DNA of 63,791 bases, the filler included, from Octopus bimaculoides (Eukaryota): NCBI RefSeq assembly GCF_001194135.2. It is 6 parts of 5 records of this genome, joined end to end, with 100 filler letters (N's around TTAATTAATTAA, not from the genome) between each part and the next. Parts side by side here need not be neighbours in the genome. Positions count along the whole stretch, not along the records: positions 21,834 to 35,137 come from NC_068982.1; positions 35,238 to 38,767 come from NC_068982.1; 4 more parts are not named here. One strand, given 5' to 3'. Position 1 is the stretch's first letter; the number at the start of each line of letters is the position of its first letter. The position numbers and the translations under genes are program-made. Below the pieces are notes generated by a model. It was not told the origin of the DNA and did no database searches. It saw only the letters and a list, made by a program, of their open reading frames with translations. Positions 25,452 through 37,938 of the stretch are shown here, piece by piece.

Positions 25452-27129
25452 TAACTTTCATGTCCAATAGTTGAATAGTGAAACACACACTGGCATAATA
25501 TATGCATGTATGTATGTACGTACGTACGTATATATGAGAGATGAGTTTACACGTGTGTGTGTGCGCGCGCACGAGTGTGTCGGCATTACGTAATTGTATT
25601 CATTCACACAAACACAAACACATGCACACGTACAACCATTATCTTTCATATGCACATACATACATACATACATGCATACATACATACATGTATACATACA
25701 TAAGCTGCCCAGCTGATATTAACATTAAGCTAAACATCAACGAACAAGAAAATACGTATGCTGAACTATTTATTGACGAATCAGCAGCTAGTCTATCCAA
25801 ATTACTACAAGTCAAGATTTGTACATGTAACTATTGGAGTCCTGGGGTATGTAACGCACTGTCTAAATACCAATCTTCAGAAACGAAGCTTCTCAAAACC
25901 AGAAAGACTACAGATTCAATCCATGACTGGAACTGTAAAATTCTGTAAAACTTTCCAGAAGTTTATCATTTAAGTATATACGAGCATGTCTAGATATGCA
26001 AATATATGCATGAGAATACATACAGGTCCAGATGGACTATATGTAATCTGAACCTTTCCCCCCTTATTTTTATTTATTTTTTTTTTTTACGGAATCCCAC
26101 GTTTTAGGCTATGGAGATTCCGATTCTGAAAAANNNNNNNNNNNNNNNNNNNNNNNNNNNNNNNNNNNNNNNNNNNNNNNNNNNNNNNNNNNNNNNNNNN
26201 NNNNNNNNNNNNNNNNNNNNNNNNNNNNNNNNNNNNNNNNNNNNNNNNNNNNNNNNNNNNNNNNNNNNNNNNNNNNNNNNNNNNNNNNNNNNNNNNNNNN
26301 NNNNNNNNNNNNNNNNNNNNNNNNNNNNNNNNNNNNNNNNNNNNNNNNNNNNNNNNNNNNNNNNNNNNNNNNNNNNNNNNNNNNNNNNNNNNNNNNNNNN
26401 NNNNNNNNNNNNNNNNNNNNNNNNNNNNNNNNNNNNNNNNNNNNNNNNNNNNNNNNNNNNNNNNNNNNNNNNNNNNNNNNNNNNNNNNNNNNNNNNNNNN
26501 NNNNNNNNNNNNNNNNNNNNNNNNNNNNNNNNNNNNNNNNNNNNNNNNNNNNNNNNNNNNNNNNNNNNNNNNNNNNNNNNNNNNNNNNNNNNNNNGGGGG
26601 GGGAAGGTTCAGATTACATATAGTCCGTCTCTACCTACATACATAAAAGAAAACATACAAATCTGTACATACGCATACATACATACATACATACAAAAAT
26701 ACTCTGTTGATGTTGAAATTCCAATTAAGGAGCCTTGGATCTAGGTTAGAAACCGGTTCTTCTTCTACAGGTTAGAAACCAGGTCGTTTTCTATTGGCAA
26801 GAAATCTTGAAATAAACCCGAATAGTGAGAGTGACATAACTACATACACACAAAAAAAATTATGTATCCGTATATATGTACTTTATACGTGTATATAAAA
26901 TGGGAATACGTGCGTGTGAATACAAATAAATAAAGCTGAACACGTTCGCGCGCGCACACACGCATACATACACACATACACATACATAAACGTACACCCA
27001 TTATCTTTCATGTATACGTACATACATAAATACATAGACACATACATACATTGTGCGAGTGTGTATTTCACTATTCAACCCATGGACATGAAATTCAGTG
27101 TGTGTGAGTATGTTTGTGTGTTGAACACA

Positions 27130-27400
27130 TATACAATCAAAAATGACTCTAAGGTGGCCAGTTTCTTAGCTGTTACTCTGGACAAATCTATATCACCCTT
27201 TCCATAAACTCAATCAATCTTTACAATATATCAATATCCTATCAAATCACCCTAAATTTACCTTTGATAAGTATAATCACAAGCATTTCTATCAGAATCT
27301 CCAACTTACCTGCAAATGAAGAGACTTTTAGCAATCATGCTCTAAATTATAATCAGGTTCTCCAAATAAGTAGATTCCGTGAAAAGATCTCTGACCACTT
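27130..27400 (+). mobile_element. Degraded Penelope-like element, RT C-terminal/thumb region
   Basis: Frameshifted translation KVASFLAVTLD / PFHKLNQSLQYINILSNHPKF / SIITSISIRISNLPANEETFSNHALNYNQVLQISRFREKI, matching the PLE pattern NFLDVTL...YIN..SNHP...RISxLSSNEEIF. Confidence 0.75.
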
Positions 27401-28440
27401 CGAACCTGGGGCATCATAAGTGAGGTTCCCCCATACAATCCAAACACTGGTATGTATAAATTATGCTAAGAGAATTGCTAACCATCCTTCACCACCGCAT
27501 CCCTTCATTACTTAATAGATTCTCAGATGTAATACTATCTTTTAAACACAGGTTCTACTCATCATTTGCGCATTTTATTAAATCTATGTAGTTACTAATA
27601 AGTATCTTTGCTCAAAATTAACCTTGAGGTACGACAAGGTTAGCCTAGCAACTTACTACCTCGATAAATACCATCCTCCTTATTGAACTATTATTTCTCA
27701 TTGCTATCTTTGCAAACTCTTCTAACCCACTATATCCCACCTCCCTCATAGCCTCCCCACCCTCACAAGTGGTCTCCTCTCATTTCTTCTCCCCAACCAA
27801 AAGCACTCATTACTACACGACACATTTGTATACTAACCTGTTAATCCTCCTCATTCTCTATTCACTTCCCTCTATTCAATTTCCTACACTTCTGCATACC
27901 ACTGCATTCCCCTTCCAATACCGACCCACATTCATTATCCCACTAACCAATGCTATCTTGACCACCAACTCACCCCCTACTCTGTTCACTCCCTTTATTT
28001 TCTCGCATACCTTTCTACATACAGTGTCCCTCTACCACTGAACTAAAAACCTTATTTCCCTCAAATAACTGCCATTTCTTTTTCAACAATTTTAAAGCTT
28101 TCATCCTTACATTGTAACAAACTCAACAGAATAGACTACCATTCATACACTATCTACTCCACCCTCCTACTTCCTATTCCCTACCTCTACTACAACTCCT
28201 TTAACAGCCCTGTTATTAACCCCTCTTCTTGAACTATCTTATCTTTTCTCCTCTCACTATTCCCTGCCTTACTACCTCCCCCCTCGTTTAATACACTTAA
28301 CTCTCCACATTCTATCATTCAATCTTTGCACTTCTCTGCGTTAAGATCTGAAATGTAAGATCTTCTCTATTCTATGTTAAATGCATCCATACGGCTGCAT
28401 TTTGTGATGGACTAAATTTACCAACATTATTATGGATCGC

Positions 28441-28700
28441 GGATCTTTTTTAAAACGGGGGCCACATTTTTCATTAATGTTTTACGTAGTGTTTTTGGTA
28501 CCGAAAGACTTTCAAACTTCGTATACTTATCTATTTTGTGTTATAGAACAGAAAAATATTTTTGTATTCGAATTTATTTCATGTAAAAAATTGTCTTATT
28601 TCGATAATTTCAACCAATCACTGACAAGTATTCAGTTGTTTATATTTACTCCTTTGGCTGATTAAGCGGTGTAAAGCGTATTTAATTTCCATAGCTTCGT
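28441..28700. mobile_element. Left end of a third GGATC-family element (copy 1), interrupted by a gap
   Basis: GGATCTTTTTTAAAACGGGGGCCAC start; about 250 bp highly similar to 30757-31000; right end not visible; TTAGGG-like tract after the gap at about 29390-29433. Confidence 0.75.
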
Positions 28701-29638
28701 TTTGCTTTTTTTGTATGACGGCCTGTCTTTGATTATGTTATTATATGTCGCATTCACACTCTCACACCNNNNNNNNNNNNNNNNNNNNNNNNNNNNNNNN
28801 NNNNNNNNNNNNNNNNNNNNNNNNNNNNNNNNNNNNNNNNNNNNNNNNNNNNNNNNNNNNNNNNNNNNNNNNNNNNNNNNNNNNNNNNNNNNNNNNNNNN
28901 NNNNNNNNNNNNNNNNNNNNNNNNNNNNNNNNNNNNNNNNNNNNNNNNNNNNNNNNNNNNNNNNNNNNNNNNNNNNNNNNNNNNNNNNNNNNNNNNNNNN
29001 NNNNNNNNNNNNNNNNNNNNNNNNNNNNNNNNNNNNNNNNNNNNNNNNNNNNNNNNNNNNNNNNNNNNNNNNNNNNNNNNNNNNNNNNNNNNNNNNNNNN
29101 NNNNNNNNNNNNNNNNNNNNNNNNNNNNNNNNNNNNNNNNNNNNNNNNNNNNNNNNNNNNNNNNNNNNNNNNNNNNNNNNNNNNNNNNNNNNNNNNNNNN
29201 NNNNNNNNNNNNNNNNNNNNNNNNNNNNNNNNNNNNNNNNNNNNNNNNNNNNNNNNNNNNNNNNNNNNNNNNNNNNNNNNNNNNNNNNNNNNNNNNNNNG
29301 TTTCCTGCTAGCCCCTTCATAATATTTTCACATTTGATTCCCAATTCTATTGTTTTCCTTTTGTTTATATCATGAATATGCCTCGAAATGGGTTAGGTTA
29401 GGGTTAGAGCTATGGTTTAGAATTAGGGTTAGATAGCATGCTAAAGTGTAAATGGTCAGGTTAACCATATGTTACACAGTGGCACTAAAGATTAATTGAA
29501 ACAGATTACCTATCAGAAATTAAGTCATGAAAGGGTTAGCAATGACAACACACATTACTTTACATTTCTAGGGCATCAAGGGAAGGGGACACCACAGAAA
29601 TGGTAAATGGTTTACGGCACAAAAGACATCATTTTTAA

Positions 29639-30592
29639 CCCTTTAATATTCAGATTGCTCTGTCAAATGCAATGCTTCTTTAAGATCTTTCTGATTTGGC
29701 GGGCGCCACTTGTTTTCTTAACGAAACACTTTGAAACTTGGGACATTGGTAGAATGTGTCATATAAAACATCTTTTACTCTTAGTGTTATTGAGAAAATT
29801 TTATCTTTTTAAAGTTATTTCGTGTTAAAATTGTCGTATTTCGGTAATTACAACCAATCACTGACGTCTATTGAGGTGAAAACAATTACTGCTATGGAAT
29901 GTAAACAACACGTTCTACCGGTATAATGGGATCTTTTCCCATGAATAAAATTAGTGCCGTTGTTTGTCAACAACAACTATCGGCAGTACTATTATTTATG
30001 ACATCGTTCGTGCGTTTGTACTGGTTTTAGCTTTAAGGTTTTAGGGTTAGGGTTCGGGTTTTAGGGTTAGGGTTAGGGTTATGAAAACCCTAAAGCTAAA
30101 ACCAGTACAAACGCACGAACGATGTCATAAATAACATTACCGCCGATAGTTGTTGTTGACAAACAACGGCACTAATTTTATTCAAGGGAAAATATACCAT
30201 TACACCACTAGAACGCGTTGTTTACATTCTACAGCAGTAATTGTTTTCACCTCAATAGACGTCAGTGATTGGTTGAAATTACCGAAATACGACAACTTTT
30301 AACATGAAATAACTTCGAATACAAAATTTTTTCTCTGTTCTATAAGACAAAATATACAAGTATACGAAGTTTTAAAGTGTTTCGGTAGAAAACACACTAA
30401 ATAAAACATAGATAAAAAGTGGCGCCCGCCAAATCAAAAAGATCCCTTCTTTATAGATGTCATTTCGATGGCATGACTGTTAATATTTAGAATGAAATTG
30501 TAGGGTAAGTGTGAGAGGCTGGATCTCACTAGTTTGAATATAAAACGGGTAGATTTTTTGGGCCTGATATGGCTGGTTTAAATGTTAAAGGG
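29639..30592. mobile_element. TTAA-flanked piggyBac-like MITE (about 183 bp when empty) hosting copy 2
   Basis: TTAA at 29635-29638 and 30593-30596; TIR CCCTTTAATATT / AATGTTAAAGGG; the same left end recurs at about 38622. Confidence 0.8.
29683..30445. mobile_element. 763-bp non-autonomous fold-back DNA transposon with telomeric core (GGATC family, copy 2)
   Basis: 8-bp TSD CTTCTTTA at 29675-29682 and 30446-30453; TIR AGATCTTTCTGATTTGGCGGGCGCCACTT / AAGTGGCGCCCGCCAAATCAAAAAGATCC; inner inverted arms about 29813-30042 and 30084-30313 around a (TTAGGG)n loop. Confidence 0.9.
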
Positions 30593-30756
30593 TTAAACTT
30601 GCTAAAATAATACTCAAAGTGGTTTATATAATAGGAAATATAATTTTGATGTGTTCATGGTGTCATAATAAAGATCTGATCAAAAACTTTGCAATTAAAA
30701 AAAGTAGAGAATTTTTCAAATATATGTAGTGGATCTTGCAGGCATGAAGTGGATTC

Positions 30757-31457
30757 GGATCTAGTTCAAAACGGGGGCACTAGTTTTCATTTATGTTTTT
30801 TGTTGTGTTTTTGGTACCGAAAGACTTTCAAACTTCGTATACTTATCTATTTTGTGTTATAGAACAGAAAAAATTTTTTGTATTCGGAGTTATTTCATGT
30901 AAAAAATTGTCTTATTTCGATAATTTCAACCAATCACTGACAAGTATTCAGCTGTTTATACTTACTCCTTTGGCAGTTTAAGCGGTGTAAAGCGTATTTA
31001 ATCTCCATTTATAATTTCGTTAACATCTGCCTGAACTGTATGTGTACAACATTTGCTCTTTTCATTTTCTTTCACGCGTGTTTATTTCGTTAACATCTGC
31101 CTGAACTGTATGAAAGGTTTATTAGCTACTGCCTAACCCTAACCCTAACCCTAACCCTACTGCCAATATGCTTCAGCCATTTTTTGACAAGGAAATAATA
31201 ATTTTATCACCGCCAGAATCGTTTGAGAATCGTTTGTTTACGTAGTCAGCACTTACTGTATTCGACTGAATGGACGTCAGTCATTGGTTGAAATTACAGA
31301 AATACGACAACTTTAACATGAAATAACTTGCGATGTACGTTTTTTTGTTAAGAAGACTAAGAGAAAAAGATGTTTTATATGACACATTCTACCAGTGTCC
31401 CAAGTTTCAAAGTGTTTCGTTAAGAAAATACTGGTGCCCCCGTTTTGAACTAGATCC
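30757..31457. mobile_element. 701-bp non-autonomous DNA transposon with (CCCTAA)n core (GGATC family, copy 3)
   Basis: 8-bp TSD GTGGATTC at 30749-30756 and 31458-31465; TIR GGATCTAGTTCAAAACGGG / CCCGTTTTGAACTAGATCC; outer arms homologous to copy 2 in the opposite orientation; ccctaa repeats at about 31132-31158. Confidence 0.9.
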
Positions 31458-33737
31458 GTGGATTCGATCCACCATAAAAAAAGTAGAACATTTTTCAAAT
31501 ATATGTAGTGGATCTTGCAGGCATGAAGTGGATTCGATTCACCATAGCCAAATTAGAATTAACAGTTCAACAGAACTTTTCTCATGGTGGAACAATAGTT
31601 TTTCTGTGACAGCAGTTTTACATTTGCCAGACTGCCTTAGCTAGGCCGAAAAAATGTCTTCACCACTTGACCTTTCTAACCTCTTCTATTTCACCAAAAG
31701 CTAGAATTGGGATAACAAGACCACCAACTAAATCCATTGTTCCCAACGATATGTAGTTATAAAAACAAGAACCCCACAAGCAAAATCAGTTAGTCACTTT
31801 GGTGACAACTCTTGGGTTGAGAGAGCTAACATCAGTTAGTGAACCGACCACTAGAATCATAGAAGCAGGCAGACAAACGACCAGAGGGAAAAAGAAAGAC
31901 AACGTCCCACACTCTCTCACTAGCTTTCTTTTCTCTTACAACATCATTCTATCTCTCTCTCTCTCTGTAATTACTACTAAACAATGACGAGAACACAAAC
32001 ACAAACTATGCAAGAAAAATCTGTATCTATCTTTACTTCGCATGCTTTACGATTTTATCACCTGCCCATCGAGGCAAGGTATTGTATAACGTAACGGTAA
32101 AAATTAATATTTTCTTCACAACCTCAATCACTATCAACGTAGAACCAACTCTTTCCAAACAGATAACTTCCATCCTGCTGTGTATCAACTATCGTTTATC
32201 ATTTTGTTTACTAACTAATATCACCCGTTACATGTAAATAAAGTGGAATGAACAAAAATAAGCAATATTTTCCATCTTACAGTTAGTCTTGTTTCATTTT
32301 GAAAACTAAAAAATTATTTTATTGTTCATTATTGGGATNNNNNNNNNNNNNNNNNNNNNNNNNNNNNNNNNNNNNNNNNNNNNNNNNNNNNNNNNNNNNN
32401 NNNNNNNNNNNNNNNNNNNNNNNNNNNNNNNNNNNNNNNNNNNNNNNNNNNNNNNNNNNNNNNNNNNNNNNNNNNNNNNNNNNNNNNNNNNNNNNNNNNN
32501 NNNNNNNNNNNNNNNNNNNNNNNNNNNNNNNNNNNNNNNNNNNNNNNNNNNNNNNNNNNNNNNNNNNNNNNNNNNNNNNNNNNNNNNNNNNNNNNNNNNN
32601 NNNNNNNNNNNNNNNNNNNNNNNNNNNNNNNNNNNNNNNNNNNNNNNNNNNNNNNNNNNNNNNNNNNNNNNNNNNNNNNNNNNNNNNNNNNNNNNNNNNN
32701 NNNNNNNNNNNNNNNNNNNNNNNNNNNNNNNNNNNNNNNNNNNNNNNNNNNNNNNNNNNNNNNNNNNNNNNNNNNNNNNNNNNNNNNNNNNNNNNNNNNN
32801 NNNNNNNNNNNNNNNNNNNNNNNNNNNNNNNNNNNNNNNNNNNNNNNNNNNNNNNNNNNNNNNNNNNNNNNNNNNNNNNNNNNNNNNNNNNNNNNNNNNN
32901 NNNNNNNNNNNNNNNNNNNNNNNNNNNNNNNNNNNNNNNNNNNNNNNNNNNNNNNNNNNNNNNNNNNNNNNNNNNNNNNNNNNNNNNNNNNNNNAATAAT
33001 TTGTTTAAAAATTGTCGTATAATGAGAGTAAATGACAACTGTCGCCAAATGGTAACTTGGAAACTTTCAGTTGCTGGGTGCTAATAGTCCCAATATTATC
33101 AGCCATTAACCTATGAAGTACTGGGATTTGCACTTACATAGCATGGACTTCTGAGCACATTTTATGAAAATGAGACTACCATGCACACAAAACAAAAACA
33201 AACAAAAAAAATAATTAAAATATCTTCTTAGTATATAACGGTGGCAAGTTTTACATCATCTGGAAAGTCATTCTGAGGGGTTTCGGAGTGTTTGAGTGAC
33301 ATTAGACCCCCAACAAACGCCCATAAATTAAATGCATCTATCTGAGTCACGATCGTGGCCTGTCGACCTGTGCCCGACGGCCGCGATCATGGCCCATCGC
33401 ACTTTATGTGTTAAGAGTCGGACAAAATCTTATTTAAAAATGTTTTAAGTGCGTATGTGTGTGTGTTGTGTCACATAGGTAGTGGGTGGTCGGGTACGTG
33501 GCATGCTTAGCCAAACCCCACATTCGCAGCACCATGCAAATATAATTATCTTATACTAATTTTGTGCAAATTATATTAGTTAATGATGTGTAACAAGCTA
33601 TGTTCCAGTGAATCTGTTCAAAGTCTGTGAGACAGCGTAATAATTAACATGGAAAAGAAAAATATTGTTTTCAGTTTTATTCGCACGTAGGGCCAGATAA
33701 AAGGGAGTAGTAGTAGTCAGCAGTTTAGAGGTACAAT

Positions 33738-33955
33738 AAGGCGGTGAGCTGGCAGAAACGTTAGCACGCCGAGCGAAATGCTTAGCGATATTTCGTCTGC
33801 CGCTACGTTCTGAGTTCAAATTCCGCCGAGGTCGACTTTGCTTTTCATCATTTCGAGGTCGATTAAATAAGTAGCAGTTACGCACTGAAGTCGATATAAT
33901 CGACTTGATCCGTTTGTCTGTCCTTGTTTGTCCATTCTATGTTTACTGCCCTTCT
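33738..33955 (+). mobile_element. SINE family B (tRNA-like head, tttgcctttcatcctttcggggtcgat core)
   Basis: aaggcggtgagctggcagaa head, gagttcaaattcc B-box; related copies at about 3135-3335(+), 10490-10830(-), 20210-20402(-), 20470-20590(-), 23395-23570(+), 43225-43445(-), 45805-45955(+). Confidence 0.85.
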
Positions 33956-34322
33956 GAGCAGTAAAGACAAGAAATGAAACTTGCGAGCCCTTGGGTGCCT
34001 GTTAGGAAAAGCTGCTTGCTAGAAAGCGAAGCCGTACAGCGTGTGAAAGTAAAAACATACTGATGGCTGATGTTTTCTCGGAGTTTTTAAATTATACCTA
34101 CGGGGAAAACTCAATGAATGTTCGAGAATAAGGGAATGTATATGCTTTATCTATCGCAATCTCAAAATGACCATAGAATCTTACTCAAACAAAGAAACTA
34201 AGGTAAGTCTAACAGGTGACCTTATAAATTTACGAGTATTAACACCGAAACAAAAGCAGAAATTACGATGTATTTGCATAGCAAGTGACTTAATCTGAGA
34301 TTGTGTGCTGAAACAAAAACAA

Positions 34323-34612
34323 TTGCAGCGTGGAAAGTGTTTATAAGCCATTAAAACACACACACACACACACACAAACCGTTAGATTCACTTCAAAATT
34401 TAATTTGTGTCAAAATATTTTCGTTGCTTTGAAACCGCAACCTGTTCACTGACGAAATTTTGTCAGTGAACAGGTCGCAGTTTCAAAGTGACGAAAATAT
34501 TTTGACACCAATTAAATTTAAATGTTGAAGTTAATCTAATGGTTTTTGTGCGTGTGTGTGTGTTTTTGTTTGTTTGTTTTTTAATGGCTTATAAACACCT
34601 TCCACGCTACAA
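34323..34612. mobile_element. Palindromic fold-back MITE (about 290 bp)
   Basis: Arms of about 135-140 bp are reverse complements (gcagcgtggaaagtgtttataagccatt / aatggcttataaacaccttccacgctac) meeting at gacgaaattttgtc near 34457. Confidence 0.8.
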
Positions 34613-34977
34613 AAGCAGAAATATCGTAGGAAGATCTAGTTTAAGGTTTCGACTCTTAGCTATAAATCAAGGAAACGATCTCTTACAGATGTATTCATAT
34701 TAGTAACTGATACGCATTGTCACTATACCAATGTAAGCTGAATATATGTTTGAATATGCCTGTGTATGTGTGTGTGAATAATGTAATGTATGCGCATGCA
34801 TGTGAAACTAATTAAGAAGTTTGAAATAATATTACAGTAATCCCACACCATATCACGGTTCACCTATCGTGGTTTATCATCTAAGCTTATGTTGATTCCT
34901 CCGTGGTGTTGTTTTGCATTTATAATAAAATAAATATATACACATTATAAAAATAATTTTAAAAAGTATACATTAAG

Positions 34978-35137
34978 CGCAGGAGTGAGTGTGTGGTAAG
35001 TAGCTTGCTTATCAGCCACATGGTTCCGGGTTCAGTCCCACTGCGTGCTACCTTGGGCAAATGTTTCTACTATGGCCTCGGGCCGACCAAATCCTTGGTA
35101 GACGGAAACTGAAAGAAGCCCGTCGTATGTATATATA
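34978..35137 (+). mobile_element. SINE A 5' half running into a gap
   Basis: Head through gaaagaagcccgtcg then (TA)n and Ns. Confidence 0.85.
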
Positions 35138-35237
35138 NNNNNNNNNNNNNNNNNNNNNNNNNNNNNNNNNNNNNNNNNNNNTTAATTAATTAANNNNNNN
35201 NNNNNNNNNNNNNNNNNNNNNNNNNNNNNNNNNNNNN
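35138..35237. other. Artificial assembly spacer
   Basis: 44N + TTAATTAATTAA (35182-35193) + 44N. Confidence 0.95.
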
Positions 35238-36169
35238 GTTTTCATATTTATATGTATATATGCATATATATATGTGTGTGTATATATATATATTTGTTTG
35301 TGGGTGTGTGCATGTATGTTTTCATATTTATATGTATATATGCATATATATATGTGTGTGTATGTGTGTGTGAGTAAATTGGCGAAATGTCATGAATGTG
35401 CCTGTGCATATGTGTGCATATTTATGAGTGCATATATACTTGTATGTATGTATGTGTGTGTGTGTGTAAGTTGTTAAAGAAGGATGTGTGTGTATGCATA
35501 TGCATGATGTGGTGGCAGTGATTGTGAGGGGAGGGGAAGATGAAGTGATAAGATAGGAATGTAATTCGGTTACATGCAACAGCGTTCCACCACCAGCACC
35601 ACCGCCACCAGCACCCCTCCATTCCCCTCATCTGCATCTGCAGGTGTAGAAACTAACTGCTGCATATGATAAGACTGTTGCAGTGCACATGCATGCAAGT
35701 ATGTATGGTGCACGCATGTATATATATATATATATATATATATCTGTATTTGTGTGTGTCTGTATGTATGTATGCATGTGTGTGTGTGTGTGTAGGGTCT
35801 GCAAACGTGTGTGAAATGACATCCTCCTCAACGATTATAGGTGCAAATCATAATCGTATTGGGCTGTTATAAAAGTAGATCAATTCTTGATGCTTAATTT
35901 AGTTTCACTTTCACTTTCTTCTGTTTATCATGTTTTTGTTTTGTTTATTTTGCTTGTACATTTGTTTATTTGTTTGTTACATTTTCTTATCTTTGCACGG
36001 TTCAACTCCTAATGAATGCTGAAGTTTCTTAATGAACAACTTGCTTTAGTTATTCTAACAACTAGTTGAGTTGAAGACTTAATGACTGCCTTTTTAAGTT
36101 AGTTCCTTAATGAATGTCTGAATGATTAACATCAACTTCGCTTTCTAATTATTGTTTACAAGCCAGCAT

Positions 36170-36540
36170 AAGAGCATCTAATGTGTGAGTCAATGTAGCA
36201 GCATCTTATGTGAGAGTCAATGTAAAAGAGTCTAATGTGAGAATTAATGTAAGACCATTTATTGTGAGAGCTAATGTAAGAGCTATTATTGAGAGAGTCT
36301 ATGTAAGGGAGTTGAATGTGATAGTCAATGTATGAGAGTCAATGTAAGAATGTCTAGTGTGAGAGTCATTGTAAGAGCATCAAATGTGAGAGTCAAAATA
36401 AGAGAGTCTAATTTGAGAGTCAAGGTGTGAGAGGTAATGTAAGTCTCAAGTGTGAGAGCCAGTGTAAGAGTCAGTGTCAGAGAATCTAATATGAGAATCA
36501 ACATAAGAATGTTTCATGTGTGAGTCAATGTAAAAGTATC
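36170..36540. repeat. Degenerate minisatellite, unit about 27 bp
   Basis: Recurring atgtgagagtcaatgtaagagcatcta-like units with many substitutions. Confidence 0.85.
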
Positions 36541-36854
36541 TATTTTGGTCACTCAACCTGGCCCGCTTGAAATAGCAGCCGAATTATCCCCAGAATCACA
36601 AAAATCTCATCTATATCATATTACATAAAGGAAAAAGACACATTAAATAATATGGTGCTAGATAACATTCAAAAGGCAGGTTGGTCTTGGCTTGGCTGCT
36701 TTTGATCATAGGTCTGTCTGAGGATCTGAGTTGATCTGGTCTTAAACCATAACAATGGTTCATTATGAAAATCTCTAGTGATGACTCTTTGGTTGAGAAA
36801 CTTGCTTTACAACCTTGTCATAGTTCACTGACGATGTTCTTATTTTCCTGTCAT

Positions 36855-36902
<48 letters not shown>

Positions 36903-37938
36903 NNNNNNNNNNNNNNNNNNNNNNNNNNNNNNNNNNNNNNNNNNNNNNNNNNNNNNNNNNNNNNNNNNNNNNNNNNNNNNNNNNNNNNNNNNNNNNNNNN
37001 NNNNNNNNNNNNNNNNNNNNNNNNNNNNNNNNNNNNNNNNNNNNNNNNNNNNNNNNNNNNNNNNNNNNNNNNNNNNNNNNNNNNNNNNNNNNNNNNNNNN
37101 NNNNNNNNNNNNNNNNNNNNNNNNNNNNNNNNNNNNNNNNNNNNNNNNNNNNNNNNNNNNNNNNNNNNNNNNNNNNNNNNNNNNNNNNNNNNNNNNNNNN
37201 NNNNNNNNNNNNNNNNNNNNNNNNNNNNNNNNNNNNNNNNNNNNNNNNNNNNNNNNNNNNNNNNNNNNNNNNNNNNNNAAAAAAAAAAAAAAAAAAAAAA
37301 CCAAAAAAAAACCCAAAAAAATTAATTCTTTGCTGCAAAGAAAAGAGAAAAAAAAAAGAGAAAAAAGAAAATGAAAAAAGAGAAATCACCATCAAAATAA
37401 TTTCTTTTTACATAATCTCTCGGGAAAAAGTAAAACATGAGATATCTTTATTTTCTGATTGATTTCTTGAACTCAGTCGCATGCAATCAATGGATGAGAA
37501 AATTCTATTGAATTTAGAAGAGATGAGGCAGGGAAATAGAAGTTAGAACGTAGTCTTTGGTGCTTGCTTCATTTAAACAGGGATTTCTTATATTGTTAGT
37601 CACAGTCCTAAATTTATTGATTTCTCTTCATATGCACCAAGTCGCAGTTTTTGGAGGATGTGTTTTGCTGGTTCTTGCAGCCAACTTTGTTGGTTCCATG
37701 TTTTATTGATCCGGTTTTTGTTTTGGTGGGGGAGGATGGATTAGACAGGAGCTGGCAACTGGAGAGTTGATGTGAAGCCGTCTAACCCATGCCAGCAGCA
37801 TGGAGGATGGATGTTAAATAATGAAATGATGATGATGATGATGATGAAGATTATGATGATGATGATGGATGTTAAATGATGGTGATGGTGATGGTGATGA
37901 TGAAAGGGTTCCATAAATAAAAAAAAATAGTTGAAAAC

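Noticed and set aside
30043-30083. Interstitial telomere as a chromosome-fusion scar
   Set aside because: Only a few repeats, not head-to-head, and enclosed in a TSD-flanked mobile element.
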